Origin: an uncultured Chloroflexia bacterium
GTDB lineage: Bacteria; Chloroflexota; Anaerolineae; Anaerolineales; E44-bin32
Length of the DNA: 64,000 nucleotides
Assembly: GCA_963807065.1 (NCBI GenBank)
Contig: CAWDZQ010000004.1
Location: 450,249-514,248 of the forward strand
Direction of reading: 5' to 3'
In this document: positions 20,306 to 28,224 of the stretch, piece after piece
Position numbering within the stretch: position 1 is the stretch's first letter
Layout of the letters: each line of letters opens with the position of its first letter
Translations under genes and position numbers: made by a program
The notes under the pieces: model-generated
Databases searched by the model: none
Seen by the model: the letters and a program-made list of their open reading frames with translations, nothing else
Told to the model about the DNA's origin: nothing

Positions 20306-20321
20306 TGTGAGATAAATCACA
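20306..20321. promoter_or_regulatory. Palindrome TGTGA-N6-TCACA, copy 3 of 5 (between convergent genes)
   Basis: gtTTGTGAgataaaTCACAAt, 33 nt after the dsbA-like stop and 4 nt after the hydrolase stop. Confidence 0.5.
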
Positions 20322-20324
20322 ATC

Positions 20325-21215
20325 TTAGTCGGTTGATGCATCAACCTGGTCTAGGAAATCCACCAGCAGGCGGTTGAACTCCGGCGCCGAATCGATGGGG
20401 CTGGCATGGCCCGAGTGGGGCAGGATTTCGAGACGGGCCCGGGGCAGGCCCTCGGCAAGCGCCACCTTGGCCGCCATGGGCACGATCCGATCCTCGGCAC
20501 CAGCCACCACCAGGCTGGGTTGGATCACACCCGGCAGTTGGTTCCTAACGTCGAAAGCGGCCGCCGCCAGCAACGTGCGAATGTAGCTTGCCCGGTCATT
20601 TTCACCGATGCGCCGGGCGGCCCTGAGGCGCAAGTCAGCCTGGGATTCTTTCGGAAAGAGCGAACGTGCCACCCATCGACCCATCCAATCCATGCGGCCG
20701 CTCATGAGCAGCAAAATCCGTCCCGCGCCGCTGAACGCCGAGTCCCAATGCAGCCTCAGGCGTGCAAACCCATTCACCAACGTCAGCGAGCGCGCCTGAT
20801 CCGGGACGTCGACCCCCGCCTGGAGAGCGGTCAGCGCCCCCAGGGAGAGCCCCACCCAGTGGGGTCTTTCCAGGCCAAGATCCCGCGCCAGCCAAGCCAC
20901 GTCGCCAGCTAGGTCCCGGATTTGGAACCGGTGATCGGCCCTGGGCGACCGCCCGTGGCCGCGGAGATCTACGGCCAGCACGCGGCGATTGGCGCTCAAG
21001 ACTGAAAGCTGGAGCTCCCAATCATCGGAGCACGACCCGAGGCCATGCACCAGGATCACCGCCGGGCGGGAAGCGTGGTCCGGGCCATGGATTTGATAAT
21101 AGAGATGCGTATCCCCAAGCTCAGCCAGCGGCACGTCGCGGACCTTTTCCGATGTGCTCTCGATTTCACATTCCGAGTTCTCCTTCGTTATACATGATGT
21201 AACCTTGAAGTCCAT
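20325..21215 (-). CDS. Alpha/beta hydrolase
   Basis: Motifs ILVHGLG and nucleophile elbow GLSLG, with C-terminal HSGH. Start uncertain: the ATG at 21215 is only 20 bp from the divergent sigma start; in-frame GTG at 21134 is an alternative. Confidence 0.75.
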   Translation of the reverse strand: MDFKVTSCITKENSECEIESTSEKVRDVPLAELGDTHLYYQIHGPDHASRPAVILVHGLGSCSDDWELQLSVLSANRRVLAVDLRGHGRSPRADHRFQIRDLAGDVAWLARDLGLERPHWVGLSLGALTALQAGVDVPDQARSLTLVNGFARLRLHWDSAFSGAGRILLLMSGRMDWMGRWVARSLFPKESQADLRLRAARRIGENDRASYIRTLLAAAAFDVRNQLPGVIQPSLVVAGAEDRIVPMAAKVALAEGLPRARLEILPHSGHASPIDSAPEFNRLLVDFLDQVDASTD

Positions 21216-21235
21216 CCCATGTTGGGAGTGTTCCC

Positions 21236-21763
21236 TTGACCGACCCACGCTTCGAAGACCTGATCCGGGCCTACCATGATGATATTCACCGCTATCTGTG
21301 GCGCTGGGCTCTGACCTCCGATGCATCCGATCCTGGGGCCGAGGCGCAGGACCTCACTCAGGAGACCTTCGTACGTGCCTTCAGTGCCTTCGACCGCCTC
21401 CGGCCGGGAAGCAATCATCGGGCGTGGTTATACAAGATCGCCACCAACTGCGCCCACTCGGCGTGGCGCACAGGTCGCCGGATCCCGACGTCCCCCGAGA
21501 CGGTGGTCGAGATGCTCCACGAGCCCGCCGGGGTGACGCCGGAACAACACGCCCTTGACCGCGGCCGCGACCAGATCTTGCGCCAGGCGCTGGCCGACCT
21601 GCCAGTGAAGCAGCAAGCCGCTGTCACGCTGCGCTACCTTCACGACCTTGACTACTCGAGCATTGCCACTGCGCTCGAATGTTCCGAAGACAGCGCCCGC
21701 GCCAATGTTTACCAGGGCCTTAAGAAACTCCGGCAGACCCTGGTTGAGCGTGAGGAGGTTTGA
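21236..21763 (+). CDS. ECF-type RNA polymerase sigma-70 family factor
   Basis: 175 aa. TTG start with GGGAG 8 nt upstream. Region 2 (DLTQETFVRAF...WLYKIATN) and region 4 (LRYLHDLDYSSIATALECSEDSARANVYQGLKKLR). Confidence 0.85.
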   Translation: MTDPRFEDLIRAYHDDIHRYLWRWALTSDASDPGAEAQDLTQETFVRAFSAFDRLRPGSNHRAWLYKIATNCAHSAWRTGRRIPTSPETVVEMLHEPAGVTPEQHALDRGRDQILRQALADLPVKQQAAVTLRYLHDLDYSSIATALECSEDSARANVYQGLKKLRQTLVEREEV

Positions 21764-22390
21764 ATGACTCAAAATCACGAACGTGATGACGCTCGTTGGG
21801 CGGAAGATCTCCGCCGCGCGCTTCCTGCGCCGCCGGCGGCAGCGACCGCCACGTCGAGAAGCAGGATCGACGCCTGGTTCGAGGTGGCTGCTCCGACCGT
21901 CGCCTGGCAGCGCTGGTCCACACCGATCGGGCCGCTTTTCCTGGCCGCCGGCGACGAGGGTTTGATTCGGATCAGTTACCAAGACTCGCAGCCGGACTTC
22001 CTGGCCGAACTTGACCGGCGGGCGCGGCTGGTGGAGGACCCGCAGGCGTTGGCCCCCTACCGGCGGCAATTATCGGACTATTTCGCCGGAGACCGGGACC
22101 GATTCTCTTTGCCATTGGACCTGACTCGGCTGACGGACTTCCAAAGGCGTGTCTTGACCACCATCGCCCGTATCCCGGCCGGGGCCGTCTGGTCCTACCG
22201 GCAGGTTGCCGAGGCGATCGGTAAACCTAAGGCGGCCCGAGCGGTCGGGCAGGCTCTGGGAAGCAACCCGTTGCCCATCGTCCTGCCCTGCCACCGGGTG
22301 ATCGCCAGCGATGGCACGCTGGGCGGCTACACCGGGGGATTGCCCATCAAGCTCAAGCTGCTCAAGATTGAAGGCGCTCAGCTGATCTAG
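21764..22390 (+). CDS. ogt: Methylated-DNA--protein-cysteine methyltransferase (Ogt/MGMT) domain protein with N-terminal extension
   Basis: Active site IVLPCHRVI plus helix-turn-helix YRQVAEAIGKPKAARAVGQALGSNP. ATG directly abuts the sigma TGA (TGAATG), with GAGGAGG inside the sigma 3' end. Confidence 0.85.
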   Translation: MTQNHERDDARWAEDLRRALPAPPAAATATSRSRIDAWFEVAAPTVAWQRWSTPIGPLFLAAGDEGLIRISYQDSQPDFLAELDRRARLVEDPQALAPYRRQLSDYFAGDRDRFSLPLDLTRLTDFQRRVLTTIARIPAGAVWSYRQVAEAIGKPKAARAVGQALGSNPLPIVLPCHRVIASDGTLGGYTGGLPIKLKLLKIEGAQLI

Positions 22391-22429
22391 GGGGGTTCAC
22401 CTGATGCCGGGCCGTGCCGCCGGAGTCGG

Positions 22430-22876
22430 TCACTGGCCGTCGCCTTTGGCCTCCAGCAGTGCTTTCAATACCCGGAAATCTGCTTCGACGGAAGCCTTCA
22501 CCTGGCGTCTGAGCAAGGGCTCGGCCTAACTACAGAAATCTGAAGCCTCCCCCGCCACGATTGCCGACCCGCTGCAACCTTCGGCCTCACCCCGGACGCC
22601 CCTGGCGACCGTGATGGGAAACGAACCCGAGATCCTGTCGATCTTCACCCGTCTGCCCGCCTCGAACTCGGCAAGCTCGATGGGGGTCTCGAACGGCCGG
22701 CCCGTGCAGCCGGCATATTGTTGCTATCGAGACCCCACACCATGGGGCGCCGGGTGAGAAGCCGGGCGGATGTGATGCCCGATTGCCATGCCGGATCCTG
22801 CTCCAGATCGGCGAAGGTGTTAAAGACTTCCCTTGGCGGCCGCACGAATGGACTGCGCCACTTCCACCCTGATCAT
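22430..22876 (-). pseudogene. SRPBCC-family (polyketide cyclase/START-like) pseudogene
   Basis: Reading MIRVEVAQSIRAAAK / EVFNTFADLEQDPAWQSGITSARLL / RPFETPIELAEFEAGRRVKIDRISGSFPITV...AEPLLRRQVKASVEADFRVLKALLEAKGDGQ needs two frame changes and crosses an in-frame TAG at 22526-22528. Confidence 0.75.
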
Positions 22877-22922
22877 GGCCTGGTCCTCCGCCCACCCGTC
22901 CGGCCGGCCCACCGGGCAATCG

Positions 22923-23375
22923 TTATTCCGCCCCTTCTTCCCCCAAGAGGTCTTCGCCAGGGTCACCACCGGAGGCACAAATCCTGAGCCGGGCGAGATA
23001 ATGGTCCCACCCTTGGGTATGCTGTTCTTGCTGGCCGTCCTCCAGTCCAAAGTGGCGCAGCCGTACGCGCGTGCCCTTGCCGGCCGCTTCAAGGGTGATT
23101 TCCACCGTAGAAGCGCCCGGGGGGAGCGCCCCCGGCGAGCCCTCCCAGCCGAAGCTGAAGCGGAAGAGGCTCGGCGGATCAACCTCGAGCACCGTCCCTC
23201 GCGCGATGGTACCTTCCCGAATGAACACGCGATAGATTCCACCGGCACGCGGATCGAGCTCGACCTCCGATCCCATCCACTGGATCATCTTGCCGGCGTC
23301 GGTCAGGAACGAGAACACCAACTCCGGGGGCGCATCGATCTCAACTTCTCGGTCGATTGCGGCCTGTTCCATCAT
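22923..23375 (-). CDS. SRPBCC/AHSA1-like domain protein
   Basis: 150 aa, EVEIDAPPELVFSFLTDAGKMIQWMG... ATGA overlap with the upstream ArsR gene, a common ArsR-SRPBCC pairing. Confidence 0.75.
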   Translation of the reverse strand: MMEQAAIDREVEIDAPPELVFSFLTDAGKMIQWMGSEVELDPRAGGIYRVFIREGTIARGTVLEVDPPSLFRFSFGWEGSPGALPPGASTVEITLEAAGKGTRVRLRHFGLEDGQQEQHTQGWDHYLARLRICASGGDPGEDLLGEEGAE

Positions 23376-23689
23376 GACTTCTTCCTCCTCGCCTCGGCTT
23401 CCGCCGACGCCTTGAGTTGTTGGAGGCGCGACTCCCAGAACATGTCGAGGAAGGCACGCGCCTCCTCCAGCCCTTCCTTCTCGATACGGTAGATGCGCTC
23501 TGTGCCCCGAGACATCACCTGCACGAGGTCGGCCTCCAACAGCACACGCAGGTGCTGCGAAACCGCCGGCCGCGAGATGTCATCGACGGTGTCAGCAATT
23601 TCGCCCGCCTTGCGCGGCCCGCTCATCAGCACGGTCAGGATGCGCCGCCTGTGGGGTTCGGAGAGGGCCTTCAGCACGACATCCAACAT
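23372..23689 (-). CDS. ArsR/SmtB-family transcriptional regulator
   Basis: 105 aa with winged-HTH LSEPHRRRILTVLMSGPRKAGEIADTVDDISRPAVSQHLRVL. Confidence 0.85.
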   Translation of the reverse strand: MLDVVLKALSEPHRRRILTVLMSGPRKAGEIADTVDDISRPAVSQHLRVLLEADLVQVMSRGTERIYRIEKEGLEEARAFLDMFWESRLQQLKASAEAEARRKKS

Positions 23690-23695
23690 GCTCGA

Positions 23696-23724
23696 ATGTT
23701 AGCATGCACTAACGTAAGTGTCAA
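23696..23724 (-). promoter_or_regulatory. Promoter with embedded inverted repeat for the arsR operon; leaderless start
   Basis: Minus strand TTGACA, 17 nt, TAACAT, with GTTAG-N6-CTAAC inside the spacer. The ATG begins 7 nt after the -10 and there is no SD. Confidence 0.6.
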
Positions 23725-23868
23725 CTTAACATATAACCGGCCAGGATGGTGTCCGCCCCGCGGGACACCGCCGGATCGGGCACGACCGCGGGACCCAGAA
23801 ATGACATCCCCTTCCCCATCGGCCATTGTTATTGATCGACGATTTGGCATGATTAGTGGTCAGAAGAC

Positions 23869-24663
23869 ATGGCAGTGACCCCCGTGGTGGCGAGAAGTCG
23901 AGGCCCATCGGTCCGATGGGAGTTCCTCGACCGTGGTGGGGACTTGGCCTATGCGACACAAGCTTTCCGGATACACGCAACGCACAGCCGGCCGGTTGAT
24001 CATCGCCCCGCCGTGCTGCTGCTCGACGAGCCGCTGGGCGCGCTCGACCTCAAACTGCGCAAGGCCATGCAGCTCGACGTCAGGTACTTCCAGCTGCAGG
24101 TCGGCATCACCTTCATCTACGTCACCCACGATCAGGAAGAGGCCCGGACGATGTCGGACCGTATCGCCGTGATGCAATCGGGCAAGATCCTGCAGGTGGG
24201 CCGGCCGATGGAGATCTATGAGGATCCAGGCACCCGATTTGTGGCTGACTTTGTGGGGGAGACCAACTTCGTTGACGGCCGAGTTGTAACTCCTGACGAC
24301 AGTCAGGCAGAAGTGGATCTGGAAGGCACAATCGTGAGGGCGAGGATTTCACAGTCGGGCCCCCACGCCGGACAGGAAGTGACGCTTGGGGTCCACCCAG
24401 ATAAGCTGCGCCTGACACCGCTTGATGGGCGCCCGCCGTCCACCTTGCACGGGACAGTGGGCGAGGTGGTCTACACAGACACCGACACCCGGCATGTGAT
24501 TGAGCTGCCGAATGGCCTGTCCGTGGTGTCACGCGTTCAGATTGCCGGTGGAACTCAGCCGGGAGGCTTTGCGCGGGGTACGCGGGTGCAGATCGCATGG
24601 GAAACCGAGGCCGCGCGGGTGCTGTCCGGAGCGGAGACCCAAAGGCGAACGCCTGATGGATAA
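23869..24663 (+). pseudogene. 5'-truncated, frameshifted remnant of a PotA-like ABC ATPase gene
   Basis: Retains Walker B/D-loop/H-loop (AVLLLDEPLGALD...ITFIYVTHDQEEA) and the C-terminal TOBE-like part. A signature-like KLSGYTQR sits in another frame. No Walker A region and no permease genes nearby. Confidence 0.7.
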
Positions 24664-24683
24664 CCGCCCAGCTCCCCGAAGGT

Positions 24684-25460
24684 CTAGCTGTAGGAGGCTC
24701 GCAGCTCGGGCACGGGAAGCGTGATCATCCCCTCCGACGATTCGCCTTCCTGAGAAATCTTCTCCGGATACAGCGCCGCCAGGTAGGCCGTATACGCGCC
24801 CACCAAAGCATCCAGCTCGCCTGCCGTCATCAGTTCATCAAGCGGCAGTTCTCCGGTCAGGATGTGGTGGCGGGTGATTTCCTCCAGCGCCCGCATCGGA
24901 TTGGGGATGTCGAGCCCCTTCAAGAACAGTACCAGCTGGCGCTGCAGGCGGCCCTCGAGCGTGTTTTTGGCCAGAGGTCGGCGCTCAAGGAGAGCCGTGT
25001 AGGCCGCGTTGGGGTGGAGCTCGATCAGCATCCGTTGAGACGACGACTCACCGGCCACGAAGGTCCGGTAGCCGAAACCTTTGAGCCGTTGGTGGAGTTG
25101 GTGGCCGCGCTGCACCCAGCCGGGGGCCAAGGCCAACATGCTGGATGTGTTGGCAATGCGGATTCCCCTTCGCCGTAGAGCGTACTCGCACACCCGCCAA
25201 CCGGACCAAGCCGCGCCCTGCGGCGGAAGACCCAAACCGCGGCGGACGTCGGCACTCTGCATCAAGCCGATGGGCGGCCCCTGAGGTGCGTCCACGGCGG
25301 CCACCGCCGTCGATTGCCCGGCGGCGAAGGCGAGCACATCCTCCACGCCGGCGCTGCCCTGCGCGACCAGATGCAGGTCCGCGTCCAGGGCGGCATACGG
25401 CAGCGGACGATCGCCAGCCGTGGCATCGATCCCGATAAAGACCGCGTCGTCGAACAACAT
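24684..25460 (-). CDS. Hypothetical protein, tentatively RNase H-like fold / DUF429-like
   Basis: N-terminus VFIGIDATAGDRPLPYAAL resembles RNase-H-fold nuclease starts. The assignment is from memory only. Start is uncertain (25460 ATG or 25493 GTG). Confidence 0.35.
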   Translation of the reverse strand: MLFDDAVFIGIDATAGDRPLPYAALDADLHLVAQGSAGVEDVLAFAAGQSTAVAAVDAPQGPPIGLMQSADVRRGLGLPPQGAAWSGWRVCEYALRRRGIRIANTSSMLALAPGWVQRGHQLHQRLKGFGYRTFVAGESSSQRMLIELHPNAAYTALLERRPLAKNTLEGRLQRQLVLFLKGLDIPNPMRALEEITRHHILTGELPLDELMTAGELDALVGAYTAYLAALYPEKISQEGESSEGMITLPVPELRASYS

Positions 25461-25569
25461 CTCCCTGCCTCGCCGGCGGAGGCGTACGCCCACCCCACGA
25501 GCCCGGCATCTGCACCTAGACGATACTGTAACTTGCCGTCACTGTCCAACCCGAGTCGCGGCGTGGAGT

Positions 25570-26010
25570 TCAGTCCGGGGCGCCGGCGCGCAACGCATTT
25601 TCCAGCGCCCGCCAGCGGCTCTCATCCGTCGGATACGGTGACAGCCAGGGGCGCTCTTCCGCCTGCTGCAGGGCGCGAGCCAGGCTGGCACCGCTGCACA
25701 GAAGAAACGCCACGAACACCCACCGCGTACGGTGGCGGCTCAGCCGGCTGTGGAGTAGAACAGTGCGTCCATCTTCAAGGCAATCCAAGACGAAGCCGCC
25801 CGCCACTCGGCGCGCCTCTAAATCGGCAGCGTCTTCGCTTTCAATGTCCAGCCACAAGAAGGCGGCCGGGACGGGGCCGGCGAAGGGCATCGGCGCGCCA
25901 GGAGACAAGTGAACTACGGCGTCGATTCCGGTCTGATCCTGAAACGCCTTCCAGCTCCCAGGAATTTGAAATCCCCCTGCGGCGAAGATGCGATCATGAA
26001 CCCAGCTCAA
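25570..26010 (-). CDS. Dual-specificity-phosphatase-like protein with Ser in place of the catalytic Cys
   Basis: 146 aa. P-loop position reads VLLHSRLSRHRT (H-S-X5-R-T instead of H-C-X5-R-S/T). Confidence 0.5.
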   Translation of the reverse strand: MSWVHDRIFAAGGFQIPGSWKAFQDQTGIDAVVHLSPGAPMPFAGPVPAAFLWLDIESEDAADLEARRVAGGFVLDCLEDGRTVLLHSRLSRHRTRWVFVAFLLCSGASLARALQQAEERPWLSPYPTDESRWRALENALRAGAPD

Positions 26011-26063
26011 GCGGTCTCCTTTAGCCGGCCGGCCCCTACGCCGCCCGAGTATACATCCCGCTT

Positions 26064-26092
26064 TTGACGCTCGCGAGCCGCACGGATATACT
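26064..26092 (+). promoter_or_regulatory. Sigma-70-type promoter upstream of the aldehyde dehydrogenase gene
   Basis: TTGACG, 17 nt, TATACT, about 78 nt upstream of the ATG, which has a GCAGGAGG RBS. Confidence 0.55.
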
Positions 26093-26169
26093 TAAGCCAC
26101 ATCCTTCTCAATCAATCAGCTGCTTCCCAGGCTCTGCAGCTGGCCATTGCCCCGCAGGAGGTACGCCCC

Positions 26170-27762
26170 ATGGCCGCGCCCGACAAACAGAAACAAGGCT
26201 TCCGTTTGACCTACGCCACGATGTTCGAGCCGCCGGAGGAACTGCACACCGAGTACGAGACCGCCCTGGCAAAACTCAAGGCTGGCATGGGCACGGATGT
26301 CCCGATGCTGATCGACGGTGAAGATGTGTTCGCCGATGAGAAGTTCGAGGACTTCTCGCCCATCAACCGGGAGTGGATGCTGGCCACGTTTCAAAAGGGC
26401 ACCGCTGAGCACGCCCAAAGGGCGCTCAAGGCCGCTCGCCGGGCGACACATACCTGGTCCAAGATGCCCTGGCAGGAACGAATCGCCATCATGCGCGGGG
26501 CAGCCGATAGGATCAACGAGCGCATATTCGAGTTCGGGGCCGTGCTTTCGCTGGAGGTCGGCAAGAACCGGATGGAAGCCCTGGGTGACGCCGCTGAATC
26601 GGCCGACTTGATCCGCTACGCTTGCGACCAGATGGAATCCAACAAGGGCTATGTTGTACCCATGGGCAAGGACCCGCTTAAGGGGTACGACGCCACCAAC
26701 ACCTCCGTGCTCCTGCCGTACGGTGTGTGGGTCGTGGTCAGTCCGTTCAACTTCCCAGCCGCGCTCACCGGTGGACCTGCGGGGGCGGCCCTGGTTGCCG
26801 GCAACACCTTGGTCATGAAGCCCGCCACCGACACACCCTGGACTGCGCGTCTCTTGGCGGAATGCTTCCGCGACGCCGGCCTGCCTGAGGGCGCGTTCAA
26901 CTATGTGACCGGCCCGGGCTCCACCTTGGGCGAAGCCCTGATCGACAGCCCCGAGGTGGACGGGATCACGTTCACCGGCTCATTCGACGTCGGGATGCAC
27001 ATCTACCGCCAATTCGCCGGCGGAAAATACCCTCGCCCGACGATCCTCGAGATGGGGGGCAAGAACCCGTCCATCGTCTCGCGCAACGCCGACCTCGAGC
27101 GAGCAGCCACCGGGATTGTGCGCTCAGCCTTCGGCCTGCAGGGCCAGAAGTGCTCCGCCAACTCACGGATCTTCGCCGAGCAGCCCGTCTATGACGAGCT
27201 GGTCCAACTGATTGTGGACAAGACGAACGCCCTGTCGGTCGGCGATCCCACCGAACGCAGCACCTTCATGGGCCCCGTCATCAACAAGAGCGCCTATGCG
27301 TCCTTCAAGGAATTCACCGAGGAGCTTTCGCAATCCGGGTCCTTCTTGACCGGGGGCAAAGTGCTAAGCGGGGGTACTTTCGACAAGGGCTTCTTCTGCG
27401 AGCCCACCGTCGCCGCCAACGTAGCTCGGGACCATCGTCTGTGGAAGCAAGAGATGTTCCTGCCGATTACCATGGTCGAGGCCGTGGACAACCTGGAGGA
27501 GGCCATGGGCCTGGCCAACGATGTGGTCTACGGGCTGACGTCCGGTTTCTACGGCTCGGAGGACGAGGCCCAGTGGTTCTTCGACAACATCCAGGCCGGC
27601 GTGAACTATGCTAACCGCCCTCAGGGGTCCACCACCGGGGCCTGGCCGGGATTCCAGCCTTTTGGCGGCTGGAAAGGGTCCGGCTCTTCGGGCAAGAACG
27701 CCGGCGGCCAATATTATCTGCCGCTGTACATGCACGAACACATCCGCACCCTGATCCGCTAG
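26170..27762 (+). CDS. Aldehyde dehydrogenase family, probable L-glutamate gamma-semialdehyde (P5C) dehydrogenase
   Basis: 530 aa. Catalytic Glu in LEMGGKNP and Cys in GQKCSANSR. The N-terminal region resembles RocA/PruA-type enzymes. Confidence 0.7.
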   Translation: MAAPDKQKQGFRLTYATMFEPPEELHTEYETALAKLKAGMGTDVPMLIDGEDVFADEKFEDFSPINREWMLATFQKGTAEHAQRALKAARRATHTWSKMPWQERIAIMRGAADRINERIFEFGAVLSLEVGKNRMEALGDAAESADLIRYACDQMESNKGYVVPMGKDPLKGYDATNTSVLLPYGVWVVVSPFNFPAALTGGPAGAALVAGNTLVMKPATDTPWTARLLAECFRDAGLPEGAFNYVTGPGSTLGEALIDSPEVDGITFTGSFDVGMHIYRQFAGGKYPRPTILEMGGKNPSIVSRNADLERAATGIVRSAFGLQGQKCSANSRIFAEQPVYDELVQLIVDKTNALSVGDPTERSTFMGPVINKSAYASFKEFTEELSQSGSFLTGGKVLSGGTFDKGFFCEPTVAANVARDHRLWKQEMFLPITMVEAVDNLEEAMGLANDVVYGLTSGFYGSEDEAQWFFDNIQAGVNYANRPQGSTTGAWPGFQPFGGWKGSGSSGKNAGGQYYLPLYMHEHIRTLIR

Positions 27763-27811
27763 GTCACAGCTGGCCCGCCCCCGCGGGGACGAGCCACACA
27801 TCCCACACACC

Positions 27812-28054
27812 ATGCTTCGTCGTCTGGGTTCGGCCCTGATCTTGATCGGCCTGGTCGTGATGGTCGTCTATTGGGTTTCCTCCACCATCGGCCAGGGCAG
27901 CCCGCTCATGTTGGTGGGCGGGGGTGTCTGCAGCCTGCTGGGGATGTGGCTCCGGCGAAAGGCCGTTGCTCAAGCGGCGGCGGACACCGGTCGCTTCCGG
28001 ACGCTGAAACGCCTGATGACGCCTCCAGACGAGGCGGAAGGCGAAGCCGATTGA
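27812..28054 (+). CDS. Small hypothetical membrane protein
   Basis: 80 aa with two hydrophobic helices and a charged tail. No obvious RBS. Confidence 0.35.
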   Translation: MLRRLGSALILIGLVVMVVYWVSSTIGQGSPLMLVGGGVCSLLGMWLRRKAVAQAAADTGRFRTLKRLMTPPDEAEGEAD

Positions 28055-28087
28055 CCGACGCCCATGCTCGTGGCGTTGCCGGGGCTT

Positions 28088-28103
28088 TGTGAAATTTCTC
28101 ACT
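28088..28103. promoter_or_regulatory. Palindrome TGTGA-N6-TCACt, copy 4 of 5
   Basis: cTTTGTGAaatttcTCACTc, about 122 nt upstream of sthA. The 17-mer TTTGTGAAATTTCTCAC (28086-28102) is identical to the minus-strand reading of copy 1 (5488-5504). Confidence 0.5.
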
Positions 28104-28224
28104 CTCTGGCGAGTCCTGTCTGGCGTTCTGCCAAAGCTTGAGTGGCCGGGTTGATGTATGATGTTCCTGCCCCACACACCACTCTCACAGCCAAACCCAA
28201 ATGACAGGACGGTGCTGAGTCTCA

